Sequence record: SRR31156797_362
Strand: one strand, 5' to 3'
DNA: 64,000 bases
The position numbers and the translations under genes were made by a program. Below, piece by piece: positions 38,406 to 48,515 of this stretch. How positions within the stretch are numbered: position 1 is the first letter of the stretch; the number at the start of each line of letters is the position of its first letter. The notes beneath the pieces were generated by a model, which saw only the letters and a list, made by a program, of their open reading frames with translations, did not search any database and was not told where the DNA came from.

Positions 38406-39941
38406 ATGACCGATTTGAAATATATACGTCCGGTACCAAGCCGTCCTGTTGAAGAAGGGGTAAAACCTGTTGTACGTCTGAAAGGACTTACCAAGCGATT
38501 TGGCAAAGTTGTAGCCAACGATTCCATTACTCTCGATGTCTATCCGGGGCGTATTAAAGCGTTGCTTGGTGAAAATGGTGCTGGAAAATCCACCATGATG
38601 TCCATGCTGGCTGGGCGGTATAAACCGGACGAAGGCACCATTGAGATTGACGGAAAACCTGTTCGCTTTTCTTCTTCCAGAGATGCCATCGCAGCTGGAA
38701 TCGGTATGGTATATCAACATTTTATGTTGGTTGATTCCATGACCGTTGCCGAAAATGTCCTTTTGGGACAGGAAGGCAGTTTCTTCATTAAACGGAAAGA
38801 AATGTCAAAACGAGTGAAGGAATTGGCAGAAAAATACGATATGGAAATTGATCCAGATGTTCGTATTGCTGATCTTTCCATGGGTGAGCGGCAGTTAGTC
38901 GAGATATTGAAATTGCTTTATCGCGAAAGTCGTATTCTCATTTTTGATGAACCGACCGCTGTCTTGACGCCTGAAGAGACGGGACGATTGTTCAAAGCCC
39001 TGTGGCGTATGACCGAACAGGGTAAATCCATTATTTTTATTAGTCACAAGTTGGAAGAAGTCATCGCCTTGGCAGATGAAATTGCAATTTTGCGGCGTGG
39101 TAAAATAGAGGGCGAACTTGATCCCAACACCATCGAATCCAAAGCTGATCTTGCTTCTCGCATGGTCGGTAAAGAGGTCTTGTTGGAAGTTGATCGAGAG
39201 CCAGTGGAGAAGGGCGATAAAGTCCTTGAGGTGATGAACCTTACAGGGCTTGGATTGTCTGAAGTTGATCTGGATGTTCAGAAAGGTGAAATTGTCGCTA
39301 TAGTGGGTGTTGCCGGTAACGGGCAAAAAGCGTTGGTTGAGGCTGTCACGGGTTTAATCAAACCGCCGTTGGATAGTGTCTTTATAATGGGACAACCGTG
39401 GCGCAAGTTTTTTGCCGAATCCACTTGGAATCGGTCCATGTGCTATATTCCGGAAGACCGGCTTGGTCTGGCAACTCTGCCAAATCAAAACCTTGTGGAC
39501 AATTTGCTTTTGACCACCCGTAAAGGTTTTGCCAAGGGATGGTTGCTGGATAAGAAAAAAGCAGCCAAAGATACGATTGACCTGATTAAGAAGTTTGATA
39601 TTCGTCCTGGGCGAATTCATGCGTTGGCATGGCAGCTTTCAGGCGGCAATCTGCAAAAGGCAGTACTTGCGCGTGAATTGTATCGACAACCCCGTTTAAT
39701 TGTCGCAGAGCAGCCAACTCAAGGGTTAGACGTCTCTGCTACTGAAGAAGTCTGGAACCGTTTACTTGAAGCCAGACAGATGGCTGGTGTACTGCTTGTG
39801 ACCGGGGATTTGAACGAAGCTTTACAGCTTTCTGATCGAATTGCTGTTATTTACCGCGGCAGGATCCTTGACATTCTTGATACGGCAGATGAAGGAACAT
39901 CTCGTAAGATAGGTCCGCTTATGGCGGGCATAGTGGAATAG
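38406..39941 (+). CDS. CUT2-type ABC ATPase with tandem nucleotide-binding domains
   Basis: GENGAGKST, GMVYQHF, DEPTAVL, LSGGNLQK, QPTQGLD. Confidence 0.92.
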   Translation: MTDLKYIRPVPSRPVEEGVKPVVRLKGLTKRFGKVVANDSITLDVYPGRIKALLGENGAGKSTMMSMLAGRYKPDEGTIEIDGKPVRFSSSRDAIAAGIGMVYQHFMLVDSMTVAENVLLGQEGSFFIKRKEMSKRVKELAEKYDMEIDPDVRIADLSMGERQLVEILKLLYRESRILIFDEPTAVLTPEETGRLFKALWRMTEQGKSIIFISHKLEEVIALADEIAILRRGKIEGELDPNTIESKADLASRMVGKEVLLEVDREPVEKGDKVLEVMNLTGLGLSEVDLDVQKGEIVAIVGVAGNGQKALVEAVTGLIKPPLDSVFIMGQPWRKFFAESTWNRSMCYIPEDRLGLATLPNQNLVDNLLLTTRKGFAKGWLLDKKKAAKDTIDLIKKFDIRPGRIHALAWQLSGGNLQKAVLARELYRQPRLIVAEQPTQGLDVSATEEVWNRLLEARQMAGVLLVTGDLNEALQLSDRIAVIYRGRILDILDTADEGTSRKIGPLMAGIVE

Positions 39942-40013
39942 GCGGCAGGTGTACTTAATTTTCATTCAGGCCATATGGTCTGGATATGACTCTTAATTTT
40001 CTAGGAGAAAGGT

Positions 40014-40775
40014 ATGAAGTTCAATAGGTTCAATGTCGTAGCCGTTATGGCTATCGCCATGTTGCTCGGTGTTTTGTCTGTTTCCGCATTTGCCGGAACC
40101 ACTCTGGATAAAGTCAAGGCCGCTGGCGAAATTGCTGTCGGTAACAGCCCCGATTATCCTCCGTTTGAAGCCATTGGCGACAATGGAGAACGCGTTGGTT
40201 TTGATATCGATCTGTTGTCTGCCATGGCCAAAAAAATGGACCTGAAGATCAAATGGGTCACCATGGAATTTGCTGCTATTGTTACCGCTGTACAGTCCGG
40301 TCAGGTTGACATGGGTATGTCCGGTTTCAGCATCACACCTGATCGTGCCAAGCAGGTGAGCTTCTCCGCTCCGTACATTGCCAGTGGTCAGGTGATCGTG
40401 ACCCGTCCTGATTCCAACATTTCTTCGGTTGCCGATCTCAAAGGCAAGAAAATTGCCGTTCAGTTGGGCACCACCGGTGAACAGCAGGCTGACAAGGTCG
40501 AAGGTGCTGAAGTCGTTAAGCCCGAGAGCTACAACATCGCTTTCATGATGCTGCGTAACAAGGCTGCTGATGCTGTCATTGCCGACCTGTCCGTTGCTGA
40601 TGAGTACATGAAGCAGGGTACTTTCAAGCGTGCTGGTGAGCCGCTTTCTTTCGAAGAGTTCGCCATCATTTCCCGCAAGGGTAATGACCCGCTTCTCAAT
40701 GCTTTGAATGAAGCTCTTGAAGCCGTCAAGAAAGACGGTACGTATGACGCTCTCGTCAAGAAGTGGAATCTCTAA
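40014..40775 (+). CDS. polar amino-acid ABC substrate-binding protein
   Basis: Signal peptide, DYPPFE, GFDIDL, IT.DR, VQLGTTG, DGTY....KKW. Confidence 0.92.
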   Translation: MKFNRFNVVAVMAIAMLLGVLSVSAFAGTTLDKVKAAGEIAVGNSPDYPPFEAIGDNGERVGFDIDLLSAMAKKMDLKIKWVTMEFAAIVTAVQSGQVDMGMSGFSITPDRAKQVSFSAPYIASGQVIVTRPDSNISSVADLKGKKIAVQLGTTGEQQADKVEGAEVVKPESYNIAFMMLRNKAADAVIADLSVADEYMKQGTFKRAGEPLSFEEFAIISRKGNDPLLNALNEALEAVKKDGTYDALVKKWNL

Positions 40776-40784
40776 TATAACTTT

Positions 40785-40811
40785 GCCGGGAGGGATAACC
40801 TCCCTCCCGGC
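40785..40811 (+). promoter_or_regulatory. GC-rich intergenic hairpin abutting the permease start codon
   Basis: Perfect 11-bp stem GCCGGGAGGGA-taacc-TCCCTCCCGGC. Confidence 0.6.
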
Positions 40812-41543
40812 ATGTCTTTTCAGGAGCCGATAGTGGACTTCGCTCTGGTTTTTAAACATTACGACATGCTACTCAATGGTGCGCTTGCGTCCCTTGAGGT
40901 TACCCTTGGTGCACTTACCATGGGACTTATTCTTGGCACTTTAGCCGGAACGTGTCGCATCAGCCGCCGTTTTTATATTCGCGTTATCGCGGATGCCTAT
41001 ATTCAGATTATTCGCGGCACACCTATGTTGTTGCAGATTTTTTTCTTTTACCTGGGCTTTCCGCAAATTTATATGATGATAACAGGCGAAGGGATTTCCC
41101 CGGACCCGTTGCTCACAGGTATGATTGCCCTTGGTATTAATAGTGGCGCGTACAACGCCGAGATTATCCGGGCAGGCATCCAGTCCATTAATACAGGACA
41201 GATGGAAGCAGCCCGGAGTACCGGATTGCGCCATGTGCAGGCTATGATTCATGTTATCCTGCCTCAAGCTTTGCGGCGTATGATTCCGCCTCTGGGCAAC
41301 GAATTGATTGTTTTGCTCAAGGATTCATCGCTTATATCTACCATTGGTGTTGCTGAGTTGATGTACTCTGCAAAAGTACTTGGTGCTCGGTATTACACGT
41401 ATGTTCCGTTCCTTGTGGGTGCTGGTTGTATCTATTTGACATTGACGTTTTCTTTTTCGCGCTTCTTTAATGCTCTTGAAAAGAAACTGTCAGCTGGAAG
41501 TGGTGCCCGTGAGAATGCCGGGAAAATTCCAGACCTGGGTTAA
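40812..41543 (+). CDS. polar amino-acid ABC permease (HisM/Q family)
   Basis: RGTP.LLQ, AY.AEIIRAGI.S, GQ.EAA, ILPQA, LKDSSL. Confidence 0.93.
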   Translation: MSFQEPIVDFALVFKHYDMLLNGALASLEVTLGALTMGLILGTLAGTCRISRRFYIRVIADAYIQIIRGTPMLLQIFFFYLGFPQIYMMITGEGISPDPLLTGMIALGINSGAYNAEIIRAGIQSINTGQMEAARSTGLRHVQAMIHVILPQALRRMIPPLGNELIVLLKDSSLISTIGVAELMYSAKVLGARYYTYVPFLVGAGCIYLTLTFSFSRFFNALEKKLSAGSGARENAGKIPDLG

Positions 41544-41563
41544 TATTCAATATATTGACGATG

Positions 41564-41600
41564 AAGCCCCCTCCGGTACCTGCCGGGAGGGGCTTTCTTT
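41564..41600 (+). terminator. intrinsic terminator after the permease
   Basis: AAGCCCCCTCCGGTA-cc-TGCCGGGAGGGGCTT followed by TCTTT. Confidence 0.65.
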
Positions 41601-41641
41601 TATCCCGAGTTCCACGTAAGTTCCAAGGACGAGGAGGAATC

Positions 41642-42916
41642 GTGAAAAACTGTTTTTACAGCGACTTCGATACAGAGTGGATAGGGCGCGGTCAGTCCAA
41701 AAACGTTAAGGGCCGCACTCCATTTGAGCAAGATCGGGATCGTATTATTTATTCTCCGGCTTTTCGTCGACTTCAAAATAAGACACAGGTCTTTCTATCC
41801 GGTGAATTTGATTTTTACCGTACTCGTCTGACACATTCCATGGAAGTGTCGCAAATCGGCCGTTCAATAGTGAACCATCTCAATCGTTCTTCTGATGTTT
41901 TGTCTGACCATTTCCGGATAGATCAGGATTTGGTTGAATCAATTTGTTTGGCACATGACATCGGTCATCCCTCTTTTGGTCACGCTGGAGAACAGATTCT
42001 CAATGAATTGATGCTTGAATCGGGTGGTTTTGAAGGGAATGCGCAAAACCTTCGTATTCTGGTTGATCTGTTTTACAGGGATAAAACCCAGTGGTCCGGC
42101 ATGAATCCCACACGGGCTTTTCTTGATGGAATGCTCAAATATAAAGTGTTGTTTGCTGATTCAGAGAAGAAAAAGAATCATTTCATTTATAATTTCCAGA
42201 AGGATATTTTGGATTTTGTCAGCCCTGACGTTGAATTTTCTACTCTTTTTGAAAATGAAAATGCATTGAATTCATTCAAGTCGCTTGAATGTAGAATCAT
42301 GGATTGGGCAGATGACATCGCTTATTCAATTCATGACATTGATGATGGTATTCGTGCTGGCTTTATTACGATAAAGAAAATTCGAAATTGGATGGATGAC
42401 AAAGATGAAGAATATACCGGTAATGACCGGGAATTTCTTGAGGGGCTCGCTACCGCCATTACGGATGACACTTTCAGTGCTTTTCTTGCACGGTTGATCG
42501 GAACATTTATTCACGGAACGAAACTTGTCGAACGTGACAATGTCTTTGCTGAGAAAACACACCGCTATCGTTTTGATATTCAAATTGAGGAAGAGGGCTT
42601 GGCGCTTTGTACTCTTTTGAAAATGCTGTCCATTAATTTGGTTTTTCATACACCTCAGGTCCATCAACTTGAATATAAGGGCGGACGTATTTTGCGTGAA
42701 ATCTTCACTGTTATGGAAAAAGAATACGTTATTAAAGATGCTCCCGGTTACCGACTTTTACCGGCCCATTATCATATGGCCTTACAAAAGCATGATGCGT
42801 ATGAACGGCGGCGTATGCTGTGTGATTATATTTCCGGGATGACAGATGGATTTGTTGTGAGGACGTATAAACGACTTTTTGATCCAGATTTCGGATCTAT
42901 TAATGATTTGATTTGA
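41642..42916 (+). CDS. dgt: deoxyguanosinetriphosphate triphosphohydrolase (HD domain)
   Basis: DRDRII.S.AFRRLQ.KTQVF, RTRLTHS.EV, HDIGH.SFGHAGE, ADDIAY, DYISGMTD; GTG start after GAGGAGG. Confidence 0.93.
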   Translation: MKNCFYSDFDTEWIGRGQSKNVKGRTPFEQDRDRIIYSPAFRRLQNKTQVFLSGEFDFYRTRLTHSMEVSQIGRSIVNHLNRSSDVLSDHFRIDQDLVESICLAHDIGHPSFGHAGEQILNELMLESGGFEGNAQNLRILVDLFYRDKTQWSGMNPTRAFLDGMLKYKVLFADSEKKKNHFIYNFQKDILDFVSPDVEFSTLFENENALNSFKSLECRIMDWADDIAYSIHDIDDGIRAGFITIKKIRNWMDDKDEEYTGNDREFLEGLATAITDDTFSAFLARLIGTFIHGTKLVERDNVFAEKTHRYRFDIQIEEEGLALCTLLKMLSINLVFHTPQVHQLEYKGGRILREIFTVMEKEYVIKDAPGYRLLPAHYHMALQKHDAYERRRMLCDYISGMTDGFVVRTYKRLFDPDFGSINDLI

Positions 42917-42934
42917 TTCAATCAGTATTTGTTT

Positions 42935-42970
42935 GCAAAAAAGCCCCGATTTTTATCGGGGCTTTTTTGC
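42935..42970. terminator. bidirectional intrinsic terminator
   Basis: Perfect 16-bp inverted repeat GCAAAAAAGCCCCGAT-tttt-ATCGGGGCTTTTTTGC between convergent genes. Confidence 0.9.
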
Positions 42971-42976
42971 TGAAAA

Positions 42977-43198
42977 TCATTGTTCTTTAATAACTTCAAT
43001 GTCTTCCTGATTAAGGATGACCTTTTTCCCTTTGTCGTCCTCAAATTTATATGTCTCGCTTTGGACATCATATTCTGGAGAACCGTCAGCAATATAAGTT
43101 TTGCCTGTATTCGTTGTTATCATGTACTTTTTTGAAAAGCATGCGGTCAAAGAGATAGCAAAGAGACACAGCATGACAAGTGTGAAGAAACGTTTCAT
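42977..43198 (-). CDS. small YgdI/YgdR-like lipoprotein
   Basis: Lipobox LTAC; Y.I.T..G.T......PEYD....Y.FED..G......DI..I. Confidence 0.8.
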   Translation of the reverse strand: MKRFFTLVMLCLFAISLTACFSKKYMITTNTGKTYIADGSPEYDVQSETYKFEDDKGKKVILNQEDIEVIKEQ

Positions 43199-43294
43199 TG
43201 ATTACCCCTTGTAAGCATTGAATGGTATTTTCTTCTTACAATCTGATCGCACTTTTTATCAACTCCTATTTTGCAAAATGTGTTGATTTATTTT

Positions 43295-44080
43295 TTAGGC
43301 GAAAAGAGATTCCCCACGGCTGAGAAGATCATCCACTTGACTGTCGTTCAAATTGAGACGACGTGCAATTTTCTTGATCTCTGTCGCCGCATCAAACAAC
43401 GGGTAATCACTGCCAAAAAGAATGTGATCGTGCGAAAAGGCTTTGAATAGACGATTGAGGAGTGAGTCATCCACAAAGTCCAGTACACTTGAGCAGTCAA
43501 CGTAAACATCTGTCCCCGCAAGATGCTCAATAGCATACTCCCAGTGTTGGTAGCCGCCCATATGAGCTGCAATAAGGACCGGTTTAGGGAACTTTTTACG
43601 AAGTGCAGCCATCTTTTTGGGACATGAAGGGTTCTCGTCAGGGGGCAGAGTATCTCCGACATGGAACATGCAAACAAATCTTCCTTGGACGAGTTCCATG
43701 ACTTCGAAAAAATCTTCGTCATCCATTCTGAACCCTTGAAAATCAGGATGGAATTTTAATCCTTGGATACCATTTCTTTCCAAACGATCCAATTCTTCTG
43801 CATTACGATCGAATCCAGGGTGGACGGTGCCGAACGGGATAAAACGAGGGTTGTTTTTTTTGAGTTCAATGGCCCAATTGTTAGCCGGGATTACCTGGCT
43901 TGGAGTTGTTGCAGCAGTCAGCACAACGGATTTGTCGATACCGGCTTCATCCAAACGTTGAATGAGATCATCAGCTTTGCCTGTACCAACAGGTTTGATG
44001 CCGTAGTGATCCTCAAGTTGTACTAGAACCTTGTGAGCGATTTTAGGGTCAAAGGCGTGGGCGTGAATGTCAATGCGCAT
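43295..44080 (-). CDS. amidohydrolase-2 family metal-dependent hydrolase
   Basis: ID.HAH, G.KFHP..Q, AH.GG, LFGSDYP. Confidence 0.9.
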   Translation of the reverse strand: MRIDIHAHAFDPKIAHKVLVQLEDHYGIKPVGTGKADDLIQRLDEAGIDKSVVLTAATTPSQVIPANNWAIELKKNNPRFIPFGTVHPGFDRNAEELDRLERNGIQGLKFHPDFQGFRMDDEDFFEVMELVQGRFVCMFHVGDTLPPDENPSCPKKMAALRKKFPKPVLIAAHMGGYQHWEYAIEHLAGTDVYVDCSSVLDFVDDSLLNRLFKAFSHDHILFGSDYPLFDAATEIKKIARRLNLNDSQVDDLLSRGESLFA

Positions 44081-44160
44081 GAGAAATCCTTGCCGGGGAG
44101 CATATGTCGCAACCGGCTATTTCAATTAGTATTATGAGTTTTTGGTTCGTCGTCTTTTTA

Positions 44161-44577
44161 TTAGAAGAGGTCTTTAAGCCAGTCCGGAACTCGAACCGGC
44201 TTTCCTTCCATGTTAACGCAGGCGTGACTAGTCTTGCCGGTTGAATGGAGTGTGTTTTTTTCTCGATTCCAGATTTCATAAATGAAATCGACTGAAGCTC
44301 GGCCCCATTTTTTGATGCCTACATGGATATGAATTTCTTCATCATACCTGATGGGGACGCGATATCTGCATTGTGCTTCGCGGACAGGCAACATAATACC
44401 TCGACGTTCTGTCTCGGCGTAACTCATGCCCGACTCTCTGATGAGTTTACTCCGTGCCCGTTCGAAAAGATGGAGATATTCAGCGTGATACACCACACCC
44501 ATGGCATCGGTTTCGCCATAAGAAATGAAGTGCGAATACCAACTGTCACACGCGGGAAAATCTGATGTGCGTGCCAT
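44161..44577 (-). CDS. YbgC/FadM-family acyl-CoA thioesterase
   Basis: YGETDAMGVVYHA.YL..FE.AR. Confidence 0.9.
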   Translation of the reverse strand: MARTSDFPACDSWYSHFISYGETDAMGVVYHAEYLHLFERARSKLIRESGMSYAETERRGIMLPVREAQCRYRVPIRYDEEIHIHVGIKKWGRASVDFIYEIWNREKNTLHSTGKTSHACVNMEGKPVRVPDWLKDLF

Positions 44578-45773
44578 TATTTTAATCCGAATTTTTTCAA
44601 TGCGAATGAGAGAAGCTCATGGCCTTTTTCCAGCTTTAGGCCAGCAGAATCTGCCGATTGTTCACTGAAGGACTCAATGCCGGAAGCATTACATCCGGAG
44701 CCATTAAGAATGAAGGGCACCGCATCCATTGTGTGTGTGCGCTCGACAATAGGAGTGAAGTGGTCACAAGTAATGATCCACGCGGTTTCCTGATCCTTGA
44801 GTGCTTTTCGAAGCGGGGCGACTATACGGGCATCGAATCGGCTGATTGCCTCTACTTTGTCCTTGGCGCTACCGCCATGGCCACACTCATCCGGGCCTTC
44901 CAGATGAACAAATACGAAGTCATTGTCTTCAAGGAACCTGAGTGCCGCATCAACTTTGCCTTGATAGTTCGTCTCCAACAGGCCCGTTGCGCCTTCAACG
45001 TCAATGACATCCATACCGGAAGCATTGCCCAGTCCTTTAATCAGGTCTACAGCAGAGATAACCGCACCTTTCATGCCAGAAGTTTCTTTGAAATTCGGCA
45101 GGTTAAGCGGGCGACCTTGTCCCCATGGCCAGATGGAGTTCGCCATGGACATGTTTATGGCTCTGTCTGCGAGTATCTCTTTGGCCTCGAATACCAAATC
45201 CCAAAGGAACGGACTACGGGAAAAAGCACGCAAGTCCGGTTTGATGGATTTGTCCGTGATGTCATGAGGGGGGCTGATGAGCAAGTCGGTATCTTCAGTA
45301 AGAGCCCCGTCTTTTTGTACCAACAGATGACGATATTGGATTCCTGGGTAGAAAGTGTAGGTGTCGTCACCAAGTCTTTCCTGCAACGCTTCTACTACAG
45401 GCCTCGAAACATCTGTGGAGATGTGCCCTGACGAGTAGTCGCGCATGTAGCCATCAATGGTTAACTTGGAAACAGTGACCAAATTTAATCGCCAGACCAG
45501 ATCATCTGCTCCAAGTTCAAGTCCCTGAGCCGCAGCTTCAATAGGGCCACGGCCAGTGTGATAGGTGGCAGGATCAAAGCCGAGCAGTGACATGTTCGCG
45601 ACATCAGAACCGGGGGGCATGCCCGCAGGTACTGTCTGGGCACGACCGATTATGCCGGTTTTGGCCAGTTCGTCCATGTTTGGTGTATGTGCCGCTTCCA
45701 GGGTGGTCTTGCCGCCAAGTTCGTCTAGCGGCCAACCACCCATTCCGTCGGCGATAAGGTACAGTACTTTCAT
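44577..45773 (-). CDS. apgM: ApgM-type cofactor-independent phosphoglycerate mutase family protein (proposed homoserine kinase subfamily)
   Basis: ADGMG, TPNMD, PGSDVAN (catalytic Ser), H.E.PDE.GH, DHFTP, H...VP. Confidence 0.85.
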   Translation of the reverse strand: MKVLYLIADGMGGWPLDELGGKTTLEAAHTPNMDELAKTGIIGRAQTVPAGMPPGSDVANMSLLGFDPATYHTGRGPIEAAAQGLELGADDLVWRLNLVTVSKLTIDGYMRDYSSGHISTDVSRPVVEALQERLGDDTYTFYPGIQYRHLLVQKDGALTEDTDLLISPPHDITDKSIKPDLRAFSRSPFLWDLVFEAKEILADRAINMSMANSIWPWGQGRPLNLPNFKETSGMKGAVISAVDLIKGLGNASGMDVIDVEGATGLLETNYQGKVDAALRFLEDNDFVFVHLEGPDECGHGGSAKDKVEAISRFDARIVAPLRKALKDQETAWIITCDHFTPIVERTHTMDAVPFILNGSGCNASGIESFSEQSADSAGLKLEKGHELLSFALKKFGLK

Positions 45774-45782
45774 TATCTATCT

Positions 45783-47081
45783 CTAAAGTATTCTAAATTT
45801 GACGCAGGGTTCGACGGTGAAATCCATGGCGTCCATTTCTTCAATCATGGCAGTTACTGCTTTAGCAGGGGTCTCATGACTGACTATCACCAATGGCACA
45901 CCTTCGGCTCCGGCTTCGCCTTTTTGTACGGCCTGCGCAATGGAGATTCCGTGAGTCGCCATAGATTTGGTGATGGCAGCCATGACACCTGTGCGGTCGG
46001 CAACGGTGAAACGGAAGTAATATTTGGATTCTGAATCTTCTGGTGGAAGGATATTCGCTTTTGTCAGGGGTTGATTCCTGAAACCGGTATTATCCGGTGC
46101 AGGGCATCCTTTTCCAACATTACGGACGATATTCAGGATGTCTGCCAACACGGCACTGCCCGTGGGGAGATCGCCGGCACCTTGACCATGCAACATGATC
46201 GGCCCCACCGCGTTGCCTTCAAGTCGTACGGCATTGTAGTTGCCGCCCACACGAGCCAACAAGTAAGTATATGGCACCAAAGCCGGATGGACACCCGCTT
46301 CCAATTTCCCGTCCACGTCCATGACATGAGCCAGCAATTTGATACGGTAGCCGAATTCGCGAGCGAATTGAATGTCCATGGGGGTGACCCCGGTGATTCC
46401 TTGAATGGGGATCTCATTCAGAGGATAGTCGACACCATAAGCCATGCGAATAAGCACGCAAAGTTTATGCGCTGTGTCAAAACCTTCAATATCAAAGGTT
46501 GGGTCGGCCTCGGCATACCCAAGATCTTGAGCGTCAGCCAGAGCTGTTTCAAAATCCAGCCCCTTGGTGGTCATTTCAGACAGGATATAATTGGCTGTAC
46601 CATTCATGATACCGAGCATTTGTGTGATTTCATCTCCGGCCAGACTTTCTTTCAAGGTCTGAACAATAGGAATGCCACCAGCACAACTTGCTTCGAACAT
46701 AAGGCCTGTGGAGTGTTCTCGGGCCGCGTCGAAAAGTTCCAGTCCATGTTCGGCCAAAAGATGCTTGTTGGCTGTGACTACATGTTTGCCTGCGGCAAAA
46801 GCCTTGAGTACCAAGTCTTTCGCTGTGTCGAGACCACCCATGAGTTCGACCACGATATCAATATCTGGATCATTGACCAGTACGTTTGGGTCATCTGTAA
46901 AAGTGACGTTTGGACCCGGATCAAAGGCACGTTTCTTTGTCAGATCGCGTACAAGTACTGATCTGATTTCAATGCGTTTGCCGAGTCTTTTTTCAATGCG
47001 TTGTGCATTGCTGTCCAGAATTTTTGCCAGACCAGATCCGACTGTGCCGAAACCGCCAAGACCGAGTTTAATAACGTCCAT
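45783..47081 (-). CDS. hom: homoserine dehydrogenase with C-terminal ACT domain
   Basis: G.GTVG, HVVTANK, FEAS.AGGIP, NGT.NYIL, GYAEADP, GAG..PT.SAV. Confidence 0.96.
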   Translation of the reverse strand: MDVIKLGLGGFGTVGSGLAKILDSNAQRIEKRLGKRIEIRSVLVRDLTKKRAFDPGPNVTFTDDPNVLVNDPDIDIVVELMGGLDTAKDLVLKAFAAGKHVVTANKHLLAEHGLELFDAAREHSTGLMFEASCAGGIPIVQTLKESLAGDEITQMLGIMNGTANYILSEMTTKGLDFETALADAQDLGYAEADPTFDIEGFDTAHKLCVLIRMAYGVDYPLNEIPIQGITGVTPMDIQFAREFGYRIKLLAHVMDVDGKLEAGVHPALVPYTYLLARVGGNYNAVRLEGNAVGPIMLHGQGAGDLPTGSAVLADILNIVRNVGKGCPAPDNTGFRNQPLTKANILPPEDSESKYYFRFTVADRTGVMAAITKSMATHGISIAQAVQKGEAGAEGVPLVIVSHETPAKAVTAMIEEMDAMDFTVEPCVKFRIL

Positions 47082-47083
47082 AC

Positions 47084-48295
47084 TTACCCCTTTGCGAAGA
47101 ATTTGCGCAGGTTGCGGACTGCCTGATTGGTGCGATGTCGGTTTTCGACAAAACTAAAGCGGACATGGTCGTCGCCGTACTGGCCGAAACCAAGGCCGGG
47201 CGAGACTGCGACTTCTGCTTCTTGCAAGAGCATCTTGGAGAATTCAACGGAACCCATCTTTTTAAATTCGTCAGGAATGGCGGCCCACAGAAACATGGTT
47301 GCCTTGGGTGGTGTCACTTCCCAGCCGATGCGGTTGAGGCCTTCGCACAAGGCGTTACGACGATCTTCATACACGGCCATGATTTCCTTGACCGATGCGT
47401 CCATGTCGTCCTGTGTGAACTTGGGATCATCCTCAAGGTCACCGTTGAGGGCGCAGGCGGCAGCGATCTGGATGGGCTGATAAATACCGTAGTCAAGGTA
47501 ACTCTTGATACGAGTCAGAGCATTGACCATTTCCGGGTTACCGACGCAGTAACCAACACGCATGCCAGCCATGGAATAACTTTTGGTCATGGAAAAGAAT
47601 TCGACACCTACGTCACGAGCGCCTTCGGCCTGCATGAAGCTGGGGGCTTCGTAACCGTCGAATACGAAATCCGCATAGGCGAAGTCATGAATGACGTAGA
47701 GGTCATGTTCTTTAGCGAAATCAACGATACGTTGGAAAAAGCTCAAGTCCACGCACTGAGTGGTCGGGTTGTGCGGGAAGTTGATGATTAACAACTTGGG
47801 TTTGGGCCATGTGTGGGAGACAGCGGTTTCCAGATTTTCAAAGAAATCCTGACCGGGGCCGATGGGTACACGGCGTACGTCTGCACCAGCAATGATGGAA
47901 GCATACGGGTGAATCGGGTAGGCTGGGTCCGGTGCCAGAACGACATCGCCAGGGGAGAGCATGGCCAGCGCAAGGTGGGCCAAGCCTTCCTTCGCTCCCA
48001 TGGTGACACAGACTTCGCGGTCAGCGTCTAGAGAAACATTATAGCGACGGTAGTACCAGTCACGGATTCCGTGGCGTAAACCCTTGATGCCTTTCGACGC
48101 TGAATACTTGGAGTTACCGGCTTTGTGCGCCGCGTCAGTCAGTTTGTCGAGGATGGGCTTGGGGGTGGGCACATCAGGATTGCCCATGCCAAGGTCAATG
48201 ATATCCGCGCCCGCGTGGCGCATCTTCATTTTCAATTCGTTGACCTGAGCAAAAACATACGGGGGCAGTCTATCGACTCTTGCAAACTTGGACAT
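47084..48295 (-). CDS. alaC: class I/II PLP aminotransferase (AlaC-like)
   Basis: [42 protein letters not shown]. Confidence 0.8.
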   Translation of the reverse strand: MSKFARVDRLPPYVFAQVNELKMKMRHAGADIIDLGMGNPDVPTPKPILDKLTDAAHKAGNSKYSASKGIKGLRHGIRDWYYRRYNVSLDADREVCVTMGAKEGLAHLALAMLSPGDVVLAPDPAYPIHPYASIIAGADVRRVPIGPGQDFFENLETAVSHTWPKPKLLIINFPHNPTTQCVDLSFFQRIVDFAKEHDLYVIHDFAYADFVFDGYEAPSFMQAEGARDVGVEFFSMTKSYSMAGMRVGYCVGNPEMVNALTRIKSYLDYGIYQPIQIAAACALNGDLEDDPKFTQDDMDASVKEIMAVYEDRRNALCEGLNRIGWEVTPPKATMFLWAAIPDEFKKMGSVEFSKMLLQEAEVAVSPGLGFGQYGDDHVRFSFVENRHRTNQAVRNLRKFFAKG

Positions 48296-48515
48296 GACGT
48301 AAAACTCCTAAAATATAATAGTTCAATCCAGATTTCTTACTCTCCACTTACTGCACTGTCAAAATGAAAATGGCTGAAATTGAATGGCAATCAATGTTCC
48401 GTGTTCAAATGGTTTAGGTTTAGTATCTTGACCTATGAAGGAGATTTTCTTAGCGTCCATATTCAACTCAAGAATAGATCGGCGAGCGCGCCATAATACA
48501 ATAAGGAGATCATCA

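Noticed and set aside
41642..42916. dGTPase as an anti-phage nucleotide-depletion system
   Set aside because: It sits among housekeeping genes with no defence or mobile neighbours; the ordinary Dgt role is the simpler reading.
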